From contig CALXWC010000004.1 in assembly GCA_944392265.1 (NCBI GenBank), positions 3,983 to 67,982 on the forward strand: 64,000 nucleotides of DNA, written 5' to 3'. Positions 29,225-39,404 of the stretch are shown here, piece after piece (within the stretch, counting starts at the first letter, position 1; every line of letters starts with the position of its first letter). A program made the position numbers and the translations under genes. The notes below the pieces were generated by a model. The model worked only from the letters and a program-made list of their open reading frames with translations, was not told where the DNA came from and did not search any database. This DNA comes from an uncultured Alphaproteobacteria bacterium. Its GTDB lineage: Bacteria > Pseudomonadota > Alphaproteobacteria > RF32 > CAG-239.

Positions 29225-30052
29225 CTAATCAAAATCCAAAAAATCAAGCAACAAATCAATTGCGTTTTTGATTTTTGATTCACTCCATTCCGTATCATTT
29301 AATGAAGTTTCAAGAATATATTCGTCCAAATATGAACTTATTTGTTTGAGGTAGATAAAATCCATTGCATAGACTGATAAGATAAAATCTTCCAGCTTTT
29401 CAATATATTGAATTGCAATATTCTCTTGAGAGATGCCAAAATATGTTTTGTATAAGTAATATTCAACCGGATTCATCGGCTTTTCCATATTATCTTTATC
29501 AAGCTCTCTTTCAAACACATGAAGCAGAATATATCTTACCACATTTTGCAAAAACTCATTGCCGGAACACATTTTTTGTGCATGTTGCAAAACAGAACGC
29601 TCAAACGGGCTTAATTTTTTTTGCGGTTCGTATACCCAATCCCGTTGTTTTAACAAACGTTCAAGCGTATTCATATTCTCCATAGAATCGCTTATCAGTT
29701 TCTTTAATGCATCAGGATATTCCTCTTCAGGCACGGCTCTAAACAAAATGTCATCAATATATTCTTGCAACCGAATTTCTTCTCCGCCCAACAGATTGTA
29801 GGCAACACCCATTGCTTTGTATTTGGAAGCATAACGCCGTGAACTCAAAAAATATAAAAAATCTGAATTCCGACGCAAGATTTTTGAAAGATCGGTCACA
29901 TTTTTATATCTGCGATATCTGATTGTTGGGCCGAGATAAGCATTTTTGTTTGCAATTGCTAATATCTGTTCATTTCCAGACTGACTATATTCCCATATTT
30001 CTCCTTCACCAACTTTTGATAAAAGGAAATTAAAAACTTTTTCTTTTTTCAT
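29225..30052 (-). CDS. hypothetical protein (orphan, acidic C-terminus)
   Basis: 275-aa ORF with no recognised motif. Its leader carries the same ATATATTATTAA motif as the paralog family. Confidence 0.55.
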   Translation of the reverse strand: MKKEKVFNFLLSKVGEGEIWEYSQSGNEQILAIANKNAYLGPTIRYRRYKNVTDLSKILRRNSDFLYFLSSRRYASKYKAMGVAYNLLGGEEIRLQEYIDDILFRAVPEEEYPDALKKLISDSMENMNTLERLLKQRDWVYEPQKKLSPFERSVLQHAQKMCSGNEFLQNVVRYILLHVFERELDKDNMEKPMNPVEYYLYKTYFGISQENIAIQYIEKLEDFILSVYAMDFIYLKQISSYLDEYILETSLNDTEWSESKIKNAIDLLLDFLDFD

Positions 30053-30123
30053 AATTATGATGATTAAAATTAATAATATATTTTACATTTTTTCATCTAG
30101 CATATGAATAAATAAAAGACAAT

Positions 30124-30146
30124 AAAAAAAGCCACTTAAAGTGGCT
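30124..30146 (-). terminator. rho-independent terminator after the hydrolase gene
   Basis: Stem agccac/gtggct with a plus-strand A-run upstream. Confidence 0.55.
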
Positions 30147-30150
30147 TTTT

Positions 30151-30921
30151 TTATTCTTCGGTATCATCATCGTCAAAAGCATCGATGTCATTATCTGCGG
30201 AATCATCTTCCAACATCAACGGCTCTTCCTCTTGCATCTCAATCTTTTTGCGACGACCTCTTCTCTTCTTTTGCGGTGCTTTTTTCTTAACCGCTTCAAT
30301 AACATAATTTCCGGTGATTTTGAACAAATCTACCAAATGATTATTATACATATGGTCAGCTTCTTCAAGCAAAGCAAAATCTACATCTACGCTTCTTTGC
30401 GTATTTAATCTTTTTGCCAAAGTTGCAACGCTTTGCGGAGAAACAATCTCATCTGCACCGCCTTGAATAATCAAACCTGAGGTTGGGCATGGTGCCAAGA
30501 ATGAAAAGTCTTTTTCATTTGCCGGAGGAGAAACCGCAATAAAATTATTAATATCAGGACGACGCATTAATAATTGCAAGCCAATCCATGCCCCAAAAGA
30601 ATAACCGGCAATCCAACATTGTCTGGCTTCCGGATTAACAGATTGCAACCAATCTAAGGCAATTGTCGCATCGGAAAGTTCTCCCGGACCATCTTCAAAC
30701 TCACCTTGAGAACGGCCTACGCTTCTGAAATTAAAACGTAATACTGAAAAACCTAATTTTTCAAAACAACTAAATAAAGTATAAACCACCTTATTATTCA
30801 TTGTTCCGCCGTATTGCGGATGTGGATGCAAAATCAAAGCAATCGGTGCTCCCGGCTTATCGCTTTGATGATAACGACCTTCCAAACGTCCGGCCAAACC
30901 ATTAAAAAGTACTTCAGTCAT
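30151..30921 (-). CDS. alpha/beta hydrolase with a highly charged C-terminal tail
   Basis: 256 aa. Nucleophile elbow [21 protein letters not shown] is typical of this esterase-like family. Tail is [15 protein letters not shown] followed by a D/E-rich run. Confidence 0.7.
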   Translation of the reverse strand: MTEVLFNGLAGRLEGRYHQSDKPGAPIALILHPHPQYGGTMNNKVVYTLFSCFEKLGFSVLRFNFRSVGRSQGEFEDGPGELSDATIALDWLQSVNPEARQCWIAGYSFGAWIGLQLLMRRPDINNFIAVSPPANEKDFSFLAPCPTSGLIIQGGADEIVSPQSVATLAKRLNTQRSVDVDFALLEEADHMYNNHLVDLFKITGNYVIEAVKKKAPQKKRRGRRKKIEMQEEEPLMLEDDSADNDIDAFDDDDTEE

Positions 30922-31017
30922 ATAAATTCTCTTCTTAACCTAAATTTTATTATTTTTACTTTATATTATATAATAAAGATATATAAAGAGTTAATTTTTC
31001 GGAGGTATATTATCAAA

Positions 31018-31686
31018 ATGGTTAAATTTTTCAATTGTTTTCTTGATGACATTGATGCTGTTATTCAACGTGACCCTGCAACTCGTTCTCGTTGTGAAGC
31101 TTTATTGTGTTCATCCGGATTACATGCCATACTCTGTTATCGCTTTAACCATTTTCTTTGGCAAAAAAATTTCAAACTTTTGGCTCGCGTATTAGCTCAG
31201 TTTGTTCGTTTCTTAACCGGTGTGGAGATTCATCCGGCTGCAAAAATCGGAAAATCATTTTTCATTGATCACGGAAACGGTGTTGTTATTGGTGAAACCA
31301 CCGAAATCGGAAACAACGTGACACTTTATCATGATGTGACTTTAGGCGGTATTAACGTCTTTAATAAAAAAGGCAAAAAAAGACACCCCACCCTCAAAGA
31401 TAATGTTGTTATCGGTGCGGGAGCTCAAGTCCTTGGCCCTATTACCATCGGCAACAATGCTAAGGTTGGAGCAAATGCCGTTGTTTTGAAAGACGTGGCA
31501 GAAAATGATACTGTTGTCGGTGTGCCGGCTCATCCTGTTCATGAAAATAAGAAAGATAAAAATAAATTTCACCCCTATGGCGTGGATGTGGCTTCTAAAG
31601 ACCCCGTTGATGAAAAGTTTGAAAAACTTTCCATAGAGATATCTTCTCTTAAAGAAGAATTAGCACAACTTAAACAAGGAAAATAA
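31018..31686 (+). CDS. cysE: serine O-acetyltransferase
   Basis: ATG 31018 is preceded by [20 protein letters not shown] and hexapeptide repeats. The upstream extension in the ORF track (from 30814) overlaps the hydrolase gene. Confidence 0.85.
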   Translation: MVKFFNCFLDDIDAVIQRDPATRSRCEALLCSSGLHAILCYRFNHFLWQKNFKLLARVLAQFVRFLTGVEIHPAAKIGKSFFIDHGNGVVIGETTEIGNNVTLYHDVTLGGINVFNKKGKKRHPTLKDNVVIGAGAQVLGPITIGNNAKVGANAVVLKDVAENDTVVGVPAHPVHENKKDKNKFHPYGVDVASKDPVDEKFEKLSIEISSLKEELAQLKQGK

Positions 31687-31687
31687 T

Positions 31688-32773
31688 ATGACTGTTAATT
31701 CTCTTGGATTAAACAAACCCGTTCAGCAAACAAAAGTTTGCGTTGCCATGTCCGGCGGAGTGGATAGTTCGGCTGCAGCATTAATGCTTAAAAATGAAGG
31801 GTATCAAGTCTTTGGCTTAACCATGGATTTGTTGCAAGAGCCATATCTTCCTCAATATTCTTCAATTGCCGATGCAAAGGTTGTGGCCGATAAATTAGGA
31901 ATTGAACATCATTTTATTGATTTGAAAGCTGATTTTTATCAAGATGTGGTTTCTTATTTTACATCATCTTATCTTAAAGGTTTAACCCCCTCTCCTTGCA
32001 TTATGTGCAACAGACACATTAAGCTCGGTATTTTAGCAGATAAAGCAAGAGAGCTCGGTGCAGATATTTTGGTGACGGGTCATTATGCTCATATTAAAGT
32101 TACACCAAACGGTGTAGAACTCCACAAAGCAGAAGACTTAAAAAAAGACCAGAGTTATTTTTTGTTTGATATTGATAGAAAGAATCTGCAAATGTTACGT
32201 TGCCCGTTAGCACGTTATTCAAAAGATGAAACCAGAGAAATTTTGAAAAATGCAGGGCTTGAAATCTATAAAAAATCAGATAGCCAAGATATTTGTTTTG
32301 TCCAAAACGGAAAATATGCCGAACTGATTGCAAAAATCAGACCTGATTATAAAAATGAAGGCGGTGATATTGTTACGCAAGGCGGAAAAATATTAGGGAA
32401 ACATAAAGGATTAATACATTATACCGTTGGGCAAAGACGTGGCTTGGGTATAGGTGGCGACATAGGTATTTTATATGTCTTAAAGTTAGATGTTGAAAAT
32501 AATCGTCTGATTGTCGGCTCTTTAAATGAGCTTAAAACTAAAGACGTTTTGATAAAAGATGTTAATTGGTTGGCAGAAGAGATTCCCTCCTCTCCACAAG
32601 AATATATGGTAAAACTGCGTTCCAGACAGCAAGAAGTCCCCGCAATTACCCATTTTGTTGATGAAAAAACAGCAAAATTAACGCTGTTGAACGATTTTTA
32701 CGGCGTTGCTCCAGGGCAAGGATGCTGTTTTTATGACGGAACTCGCGTTATGGGAGGAGGTTTTATATGTTAA
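31688..32773 (+). CDS. mnmA: tRNA 2-thiouridine(34) synthase MnmA
   Basis: 361 aa. PP-loop VAMSGGVDSS. Conserved Cys residues (SPCIMCN and DICF). Confidence 0.9.
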   Translation: MTVNSLGLNKPVQQTKVCVAMSGGVDSSAAALMLKNEGYQVFGLTMDLLQEPYLPQYSSIADAKVVADKLGIEHHFIDLKADFYQDVVSYFTSSYLKGLTPSPCIMCNRHIKLGILADKARELGADILVTGHYAHIKVTPNGVELHKAEDLKKDQSYFLFDIDRKNLQMLRCPLARYSKDETREILKNAGLEIYKKSDSQDICFVQNGKYAELIAKIRPDYKNEGGDIVTQGGKILGKHKGLIHYTVGQRRGLGIGGDIGILYVLKLDVENNRLIVGSLNELKTKDVLIKDVNWLAEEIPSSPQEYMVKLRSRQQEVPAITHFVDEKTAKLTLLNDFYGVAPGQGCCFYDGTRVMGGGFIC

Positions 32774-32854
32774 ATATAAGATTTCATCAAATTGTAACTA
32801 CTCTTTATTAAAAAAATATAGTATACTCTTATTATATGTTGCAGGAGAAAGCTC

Positions 32855-33457
32855 ATGAACAAACTGGTCTTATTCTTTTATAGCTTTGGAGTTATGTTAA
32901 TATCACATACTGCCATGGCACAGCTTCCGAAAAATCCGTGGGCACCAAATCCTAATGATGGATACTTTGGTGAAAATGTTGCCGAAACAGGTAACGCAAC
33001 GCATGCTCCGGTTTATGATAACACTGCGAACGGCGGCGATATTTTGCCGGTTGACCCTTGGGCAAGAGCCAGAGATAAAAGCGGTATTAAAACCTGGCGC
33101 GGAAGTGGTCAACACGGAAAACTAAACTACATTGGTGAGGCTACAACTTACACCGATGCTAAAGGTCAAGAAATGATTGCGCCTGAAGTAAACCGTCACA
33201 ATATGATTACGGCATTAGAGCATTTGCGCAGCATGGGCTATAAAATTCCTGACAGTTACGATGCTAAAATTAAATCTATGCCGCACGATTATGCTGTTCA
33301 ACTCAGAGAGGCTTATGACAGTGTTATGCAAGCTGATATGAAAACCAATCCTTTAGGCGGCATGACAAATGGTATGATTGAAGTATTTGAACGCGGAACA
33401 GGTTTGGATGTTGAAAATTTGATGTTTAACTCTCTTGACATCTTAGGTACAGACTAG
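32855..33457 (+). CDS. secreted hypothetical protein
   Basis: 200 aa. Signal peptide ending HTAMA-QL. Confidence 0.5.
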   Translation: MNKLVLFFYSFGVMLISHTAMAQLPKNPWAPNPNDGYFGENVAETGNATHAPVYDNTANGGDILPVDPWARARDKSGIKTWRGSGQHGKLNYIGEATTYTDAKGQEMIAPEVNRHNMITALEHLRSMGYKIPDSYDAKIKSMPHDYAVQLREAYDSVMQADMKTNPLGGMTNGMIEVFERGTGLDVENLMFNSLDILGTD

Positions 33458-33467
33458 GAGAACTTTT

Positions 33468-33887
33468 ATGCTAAAAAAACTGCTTTCTTTATCTTGCTTG
33501 CTTTCTGTTGCTTTTATACCCCCTTGTTCTGCTGAGGAAAATACAACAGAAGCCGCTTATGTTTCCAGCGATGAAATGGCTCTTAATGCTGAACGATTGG
33601 AAAAATCTAAAGTCAGAAATGAAATTGCTAAACAAGTTTATGACCCAAGAAATGATGCTTTAATGCGAGAATATGTCAGAAACAGTAATGCTATAAAAAA
33701 ATATATGAGGCAACCTGAAGAAAAGATTGATGTTTCTGATAAATCTGCTATAAACCGCTATATTCAAAAAGATGCTGGTGCTTTTTATGAGCCACAAAAG
33801 CGTGACTTAAAATCAGCTAAAGAAAATACTAAACCAATAAAAGTTAAATATAAATCAAGAGCTTCTTTTGATTTAAGCGGTGAATAA
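33468..33887 (+). CDS. secreted hypothetical protein
   Basis: 139 aa. Signal peptide ...PPCSA-EE. Confidence 0.5.
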   Translation: MLKKLLSLSCLLSVAFIPPCSAEENTTEAAYVSSDEMALNAERLEKSKVRNEIAKQVYDPRNDALMREYVRNSNAIKKYMRQPEEKIDVSDKSAINRYIQKDAGAFYEPQKRDLKSAKENTKPIKVKYKSRASFDLSGE

Positions 33888-33908
33888 AGGGTAATATTTA
33901 ATAAGAAG

Positions 33909-34637
33909 ATGACTGAATTTCCTGTAATAATTCTTGCAAATCCTCAATTGGCTGAAAATATGGGGATGTCTGCTCGCGCCATGATGAATTGTGGCTTTTC
34001 CGAATTAAGATTGGTGGCACCAAGAGAAAACCACCTATCCCCCAAGGCTATCTCAGCTTCTTCTAATGCTGAAGAAATTTTATATAATGCAAAGGTTTAT
34101 TCTTCTACTGAGGAAGCCATTGCAGACTTGAACTTTGTATATGCGGCAACTGCTCGCCATAGAGATCAAATTAAACAAATTTATAATGCTGATTCTGCAG
34201 CACAAAATTTGGCAAAACAAACTTCTCAAGGGCTTCGTTGCGGAATTTTGTTTGGCTGTGAAAGAACGGGGCTAAGCAACTTTGATGTGAGCCTTTCCAA
34301 TGCTATTATCAACATTCCCTTAAATCCTAAGCATTCTTCCTTAAACCTTTCACAAGCCGTATTGCTTATTGGATATGAATTTTATAAAACTCAAATCAAT
34401 ACACCTGAAACTTATTTTGAAACGAATAAAACAGAAATCACCTCTAAAGAAAAAGTTTTGATGTTTGTTGATCATATGGAAGAACTTTTGCAAAATTGCG
34501 GTAACTATAAATCTGGAGATAAGCAAGAAAAAATGCTTATTAACCTACGCAATATATTTACCAGAATGAACTTAACTGAACAAGAGCTTAATACTTTATA
34601 CGGTGCTATTAATTTTATTCATAAAAATAAAGACTAA
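33909..34637 (+). CDS. SpoU/TrmH-family RNA 2'-O-methyltransferase (TrmJ-like)
   Basis: 242 aa. LAENMGMSARAMMNCGF, LFGCERTGLSN and IPLNPKHSSLNLSQAV motifs. Confidence 0.7.
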   Translation: MTEFPVIILANPQLAENMGMSARAMMNCGFSELRLVAPRENHLSPKAISASSNAEEILYNAKVYSSTEEAIADLNFVYAATARHRDQIKQIYNADSAAQNLAKQTSQGLRCGILFGCERTGLSNFDVSLSNAIINIPLNPKHSSLNLSQAVLLIGYEFYKTQINTPETYFETNKTEITSKEKVLMFVDHMEELLQNCGNYKSGDKQEKMLINLRNIFTRMNLTEQELNTLYGAINFIHKNKD

Positions 34638-34679
34638 ATTTATAAAATATTAAGCGAACATTTAGAAATTTATTTTATC

Positions 34680-34711
34680 ATCTCCTTGTTATTATATGAA
34701 AACAAGGAGAT
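34680..34711 (+). promoter_or_regulatory. SD-sequestering hairpin in the leader of the transporter gene
   Basis: Perfect 11-bp stem atctccttgtt (34680-34690) / aacaaggagat (34701-34711). The 3' arm contains the SD AAGGAGA, 5 nt before ATG 34716. Confidence 0.4.
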
Positions 34712-34715
34712 TTCT

Positions 34716-36065
34716 ATGTCTGTTGGTGAAGTATCTCACGTGTCAAATGTTATTTTTGACCTAAACCCGATGATATTGTCTTCTGCAATCTTAATTGTCA
34801 GTTATATCATTTTGTTTACGGAAAAATTAAACAGAGCCGTTGTTGCTTTGATTGGTGCTTCCGTTATGATTTTTGCAGGAATACTTACACAAGAAACGGC
34901 TATTAAGGGTATAGATTTTAATACTTTAGCCCTTCTTATCGGTATGATGACCATTGTCGGTATTTCTGAAAAGTCCGGTATGTTTCAATTTGTGGCTATT
35001 TGGGCAGCAAAAAAGGTTAAGGCAAACCCCAGAGGCTTGTTAATTGTTTTATCTTTGGTTACAGCTCTTTTCTCTGCTTTGTTGGATAACGTTACAACGG
35101 TTTTGCTTATTGTTCCCGTTACATTCCAAATCACAAGAAAATTGCAAATCACCCCCTACCCTTATTTGATTTCTGAAATTTTTGCATCAAATATCGGTGG
35201 TACGGCAACTTTAATCGGTGATCCCCCAAATATTTTAATAGGTTCTGCACTTAATTTGTCGTTTATGGATTTTGTAAATGAGCTGACTCCTGTTGTTATG
35301 GCTGTTATGTTGGTTCAAATTTTCTTATTTGACTTTATTTGGGGCAAAAGAATCGTCACTTCTGAAAAGCACAAAAAATTGGTTATGAAAATCAATGAGA
35401 TAGACAGCATCAGCGATTGGTGCCTTTTAAGAAAATCTCTCTTTGTTTTGATTGCCGTTATTGCAGGTTTTATGATGGCAGAACATTTCCATATCGCCAA
35501 TGGTACAATTGCCATGTTCGGTGCCGCTATTTTGCTTCTCTTATATACATTAGATGAAGATCATAATGAAAGAGATCACAAGGTTGAAGAAGCTTTAGGT
35601 TTGGTTGACTGGACAACAATCTTCTTCTTTGCCGGATTATTTGCGATTGTATATGGCCTGGAAGAAGCCGGTGTTTTAACTGTGTTAGGGCACAAATTTG
35701 TTGAAATGACCGATGGAAGCATTGAAAAAGCCGCTATGCTCGTGATTTGGGTTTCTGCTTTTGTTTCAACCGCAATTGACAATATTCCGTTTGTAGCGAC
35801 CATGATTCCGATGATTAAGTCTATGGAAGAATCTATGGGCGGACGTGAAGCCATGATGCCTGTTTGGTGGGCTTTGTCTTTGGGTGCTTGCTTTGGTGGT
35901 AACGGCTCTTTAATTGCTGCTTCTGCAAACGTTATTGTGGCAGGTATGGCCAGCCGTGAAGGACACCCTATAAGCTTCTTAAGGTTCCTCATCTGGTCTA
36001 TTCCGGCAATGCTTATTTCAACCGGAATGGCTGCAATCTATTTACATATGAGACACTTTATGTAA
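34716..36065 (+). CDS. ArsB/NhaD-superfamily (citrate-transporter-like) permease
   Basis: About 449 aa from ATG 34716 (the ORF track starts at TTG 34686). Multi-TM. GDPPNILIG and DNIPFVATMIP motifs are typical of this permease superfamily. Confidence 0.7.
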   Translation: MSVGEVSHVSNVIFDLNPMILSSAILIVSYIILFTEKLNRAVVALIGASVMIFAGILTQETAIKGIDFNTLALLIGMMTIVGISEKSGMFQFVAIWAAKKVKANPRGLLIVLSLVTALFSALLDNVTTVLLIVPVTFQITRKLQITPYPYLISEIFASNIGGTATLIGDPPNILIGSALNLSFMDFVNELTPVVMAVMLVQIFLFDFIWGKRIVTSEKHKKLVMKINEIDSISDWCLLRKSLFVLIAVIAGFMMAEHFHIANGTIAMFGAAILLLLYTLDEDHNERDHKVEEALGLVDWTTIFFFAGLFAIVYGLEEAGVLTVLGHKFVEMTDGSIEKAAMLVIWVSAFVSTAIDNIPFVATMIPMIKSMEESMGGREAMMPVWWALSLGACFGGNGSLIAASANVIVAGMASREGHPISFLRFLIWSIPAMLISTGMAAIYLHMRHFM

Positions 36066-36084
36066 GAGATATTTCAATAAAAAA

Positions 36085-36115
36085 ATGCTTCCTTTTTTAG
36101 GAAGCATTTTTTTTA
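36085..36115. terminator. bidirectional rho-independent terminator
   Basis: Stem atgcttcc/ggaagcat flanked by A and T runs, between convergent genes. Confidence 0.6.
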
Positions 36116-36652
36116 TTGCATAAAGCCCATTAAATCATCAGGAGCTTTGGCACATAACGGATTATAATAAAACCAAAGACTGATTAAAGCTAATGTAGCA
36201 ACGGGAACAAAAACTTTTTCAAACGGAAAATGAGCATGTCCGCCGTTTCTTGCTTTCATCCATTGATAAAAATCTGAAGACCAAATAAGCGCAAAAGTAC
36301 CTACAATCACACTAAACAAAAATGGATCTAAATAAAAAATCAAAATAGGTTTAGGACTGTATGTTAATTCTCCAATGTACAAAAAGCCAATCATGGCTAC
36401 ACTCAAGCTAATTAACCAGAAGTCTCTGCCCTTAAAATTCCAGCCTTTTTTATCAAACCACTTAACCATCCAAAAGCCCAAAAGTGTTAAAAATGCACCA
36501 GCCCAAACACCAACAACACTATCATCGACACCGAAATGACGTGCAATTTCTAAGGATGCACCAACAGCTATGGTGCAAACAGCGCAAGCCGGATTGGCTA
36601 AAGCGGGCAAACTAAAGGCGATAACAAACATCAAAACTAATGCAAAAGTCAT
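36113..36652 (-). CDS. hypothetical membrane protein
   Basis: 179 aa. Signal-like N-terminus with a CAVC pair. Several hydrophobic helices. Confidence 0.5.
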   Translation of the reverse strand: MTFALVLMFVIAFSLPALANPACAVCTIAVGASLEIARHFGVDDSVVGVWAGAFLTLLGFWMVKWFDKKGWNFKGRDFWLISLSVAMIGFLYIGELTYSPKPILIFYLDPFLFSVIVGTFALIWSSDFYQWMKARNGGHAHFPFEKVFVPVATLALISLWFYYNPLCAKAPDDLMGFMQ

Positions 36653-36807
36653 TTTCTTATCCTTTTTCTAAACTCTACAACATATATCATATATGTAATA
36701 TATTAAAATTGTCAAGTATCTAAAATAGACTTTAAACAAAACTGTTAATACATTATTTTGTGCTTATTATCGCCTTTGTCATAAAAAACGCAACAGCATT
36801 TTATGGG

Positions 36808-38565
36808 TTATTCAGCTTTCTCCTCCTTTTGCTCTTCTGGCAAAGGTTCATCTTGCATTTTCAAATAACGTCTGGCTATTTTCAAAGCATTTGGGAAAGT
36901 TGAAGCCACAGAAATACCTGAAATGTTGATTTTTTCTTCCGTAAACGCATGGTGCAAAACACGACGCGGTTGTTTTTTTACGTTAGATAAAATGATTTTG
37001 GTATCTGTTTGTTGGAGTTTTTTTACAAACTCAACAATGATATTGGCGCCTGTTGCATCAACAACAGGAACATAACCCATACGCAAAATAACAACTTTCG
37101 GGTGCTGGTGAGGCAAATTTAATTTTTTGAAAAAGCTTGAAATTTGGGATGCGACACCAAAGAACAACGGACCTGAAAAACGCAAAGAAACAACACCTTG
37201 ATTATGCATAACTTCAGACAAATCTCTTCCACCACCATCATATTCGAGTGAGGTTTCATCTGTTTCAATTTCCATTTCACGGCTCATTCTATGCATAAAG
37301 ATAACACTGGACATAATGAAGCCTACACTGATTGCCGTATTTAAGTCTACCAACAAGGTTAACAACACGGTAATAATCAATGTGTATCTATCTCCTCTCG
37401 GGCCAACAATTAGTTTATACATTTTATCCAAGCCTAACATGTTCCATCCGATTAAAATCAAGATGGATGACAAGCATGCCAAAGGAATGTATTTTGCTAA
37501 AGGTGACAACAAAAGCATAAACAACAACAAGAAAACAGATTGCATCATTCCGGCTACCGGAGAATATGCATTTGCCTTAAAGTTTGTTGCTGTACGAGCA
37601 ATGGCTCCCGTTGCCGGAACACCCATAAAGAATGAGCAGATAATGTTAGCCAAGCCCTCACCGATTAATTCTGCATTAGAGTTGTGGTTATCACCGCTCA
37701 TACCGTCTACAACGGTTGCACTTAATAAAGATTCAACACCGGCCAAGAATGCGATGGTTAAACCGCTCGGAACAACTTTTAAGAACAAGTTTAAGTCAAA
37801 ATCAGGAATTTTTGGCATTGGCAAAAAGTGTGGAATTCCGCCAAATTGGCTACCGATTGTAACAACATCAACACTAAAAATGCTTAAAACGCCAACAAAA
37901 ATCGTACTTCCGATTACGCTTAACAAATATGCCGGTAATTTCGGATATTTTGCTTTTACATAAAAAATTATTCCAAAAGACAAAATAGCAATTAATACGG
38001 AACTCCAGCTAAATGTGCCTAAGTTGCTTAAATATGCGCCCCATTTTGGCAAAAATTCTGCCGGCAAATTTTCAATTTTCAAACCAAGCAAATCTTTTAC
38101 CTGAGTGGTAATCAAAAGCAAACCGATACCGGCTGTGAAACCAATAACCACCGGATATGGAATATATTTGATATAAGTTCCGAATCTTAACAATCCGGCA
38201 ACAATCAGAGCTAATCCGGCGACCAACATAGTCATAGCTAAGCCTTCATAACCAAACTCGCTCATCACACCGAAAATAACAATAACAAACGCACCTGTCG
38301 GACCACCGATTTGATAACGGCTACCGCCTAAAAATGCAATGAAAAATCCAGCAACAATAGCGGTATACAAACCTTGAGCCGGACTAACACCTGATGCAAT
38401 GGCCAAAGCCAATGCTAATGGAATGGAAATAACTGCTACAGTCAAACCGGCAATAGAATCTCTTCTAAATTCGTTTTTTCCATAGCCTTTTCTTAATACT
38501 TCTACAAGTTTCGGCGTAAAATTTTTGCCATAAAAACTTGTGAAGCGATTTAAAAACGCTAACAT
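36808..38565 (-). CDS. SulP-family anion (sulfate) permease with C-terminal STAS domain
   Basis: 585 aa. SIAGLTVAVISIP and QIGGPTGAF. Multi-TM core followed by a soluble C-terminal domain. Confidence 0.85.
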   Translation of the reverse strand: MLAFLNRFTSFYGKNFTPKLVEVLRKGYGKNEFRRDSIAGLTVAVISIPLALALAIASGVSPAQGLYTAIVAGFFIAFLGGSRYQIGGPTGAFVIVIFGVMSEFGYEGLAMTMLVAGLALIVAGLLRFGTYIKYIPYPVVIGFTAGIGLLLITTQVKDLLGLKIENLPAEFLPKWGAYLSNLGTFSWSSVLIAILSFGIIFYVKAKYPKLPAYLLSVIGSTIFVGVLSIFSVDVVTIGSQFGGIPHFLPMPKIPDFDLNLFLKVVPSGLTIAFLAGVESLLSATVVDGMSGDNHNSNAELIGEGLANIICSFFMGVPATGAIARTATNFKANAYSPVAGMMQSVFLLLFMLLLSPLAKYIPLACLSSILILIGWNMLGLDKMYKLIVGPRGDRYTLIITVLLTLLVDLNTAISVGFIMSSVIFMHRMSREMEIETDETSLEYDGGGRDLSEVMHNQGVVSLRFSGPLFFGVASQISSFFKKLNLPHQHPKVVILRMGYVPVVDATGANIIVEFVKKLQQTDTKIILSNVKKQPRRVLHHAFTEEKINISGISVASTFPNALKIARRYLKMQDEPLPEEQKEEKAE

Positions 38566-38752
38566 CTTTGTCTCTTTCTTCTAAATGATTATTTTTGATT
38601 ATCTTCGGGCATATCAATACTCCGATTTTATTTCATGTCAATAGCTTAGAAAACATTTTGAATTATTTTTTTTTAGAATTTTTTTTCATTTTATCCCTTG
38701 AATAAAGAAATAATTTTCAATATATTCTTTTCATAATTAAAATTATTAGCTT

Positions 38753-39349
38753 ATGAAAGAATATATTATTTTGATAACCTTATCCTTTGGGATTTTCGGG
38801 TGTGGCTATTCTGATAGTCAACTTTCTTATACTTACCAAGAAACTGATTATGAAGATTCTTGTGAAACTATTCCGGTCGATAGCGTTTTTACCGAAAGTA
38901 TCCGTGTCTTGCCCTCTTCCGTTCACTCTAACGAATCTTGGCTTTTGTGCGAGCGAATGGTTAACGGAGATGAATATGCTTTTTTAGAATTTCAGGCTAA
39001 AAAAAGTAACATTCCTGAGGTTAATGATTGCCGAGAAAAAACCGCTCAGTGCAGGATGAAGATGATTAAGACCTCCAGAAAGCGCTTCAAAAGGCCCCAA
39101 AATGAATGGGGAAAAAGAATCACCGATACATTCGGACTTCACCCAAACGAGGTTATTTTATTTGAAAAAGGAATTGCTTTATATCGGAAAAAAAGATATT
39201 CCTTCTTCCATAAAGCAACTTTGGAAAGAGCTCCCGATTTGAATGAAAAGATTGAAATTCGTCAAGGAATAGACGGCTATTGGTATCCTGTTATTTTTCG
39301 GAATAAAAAATTTATTCCATTAACTTATTGGGGAGAAATTCCAGACTAA
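38753..39349 (+). CDS. hypothetical lipoprotein
   Basis: 198 aa. N-terminus ...LSFGIFGCGYS. Confidence 0.45.
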   Translation: MKEYIILITLSFGIFGCGYSDSQLSYTYQETDYEDSCETIPVDSVFTESIRVLPSSVHSNESWLLCERMVNGDEYAFLEFQAKKSNIPEVNDCREKTAQCRMKMIKTSRKRFKRPQNEWGKRITDTFGLHPNEVILFEKGIALYRKKRYSFFHKATLERAPDLNEKIEIRQGIDGYWYPVIFRNKKFIPLTYWGEIPD

Positions 39350-39387
39350 AAAAAAGAGTGTTGTTTTAAGCAACACTCTTTTTTTTA
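39348..39387. terminator. bidirectional rho-independent terminator
   Basis: 9-bp stem agagtgttg/caacactct flanked by A and T runs. Confidence 0.65.
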
Positions 39388-39404
39388 TTTTTAGCAAGCT
39401 TTTC

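Noticed and set aside
30814-31017. 68-aa upstream extension of cysE
   Set aside because: It overlaps the 5' end of the convergently annotated hydrolase gene and its upstream region. ATG 31018 has a GGAGGT SD and gives a normal CysE N-terminus.
37316-37963. 215-aa plus-strand ORF
   Set aside because: It lies antisense within the SulP permease gene, which has unambiguous family motifs. No start context and no motif support.
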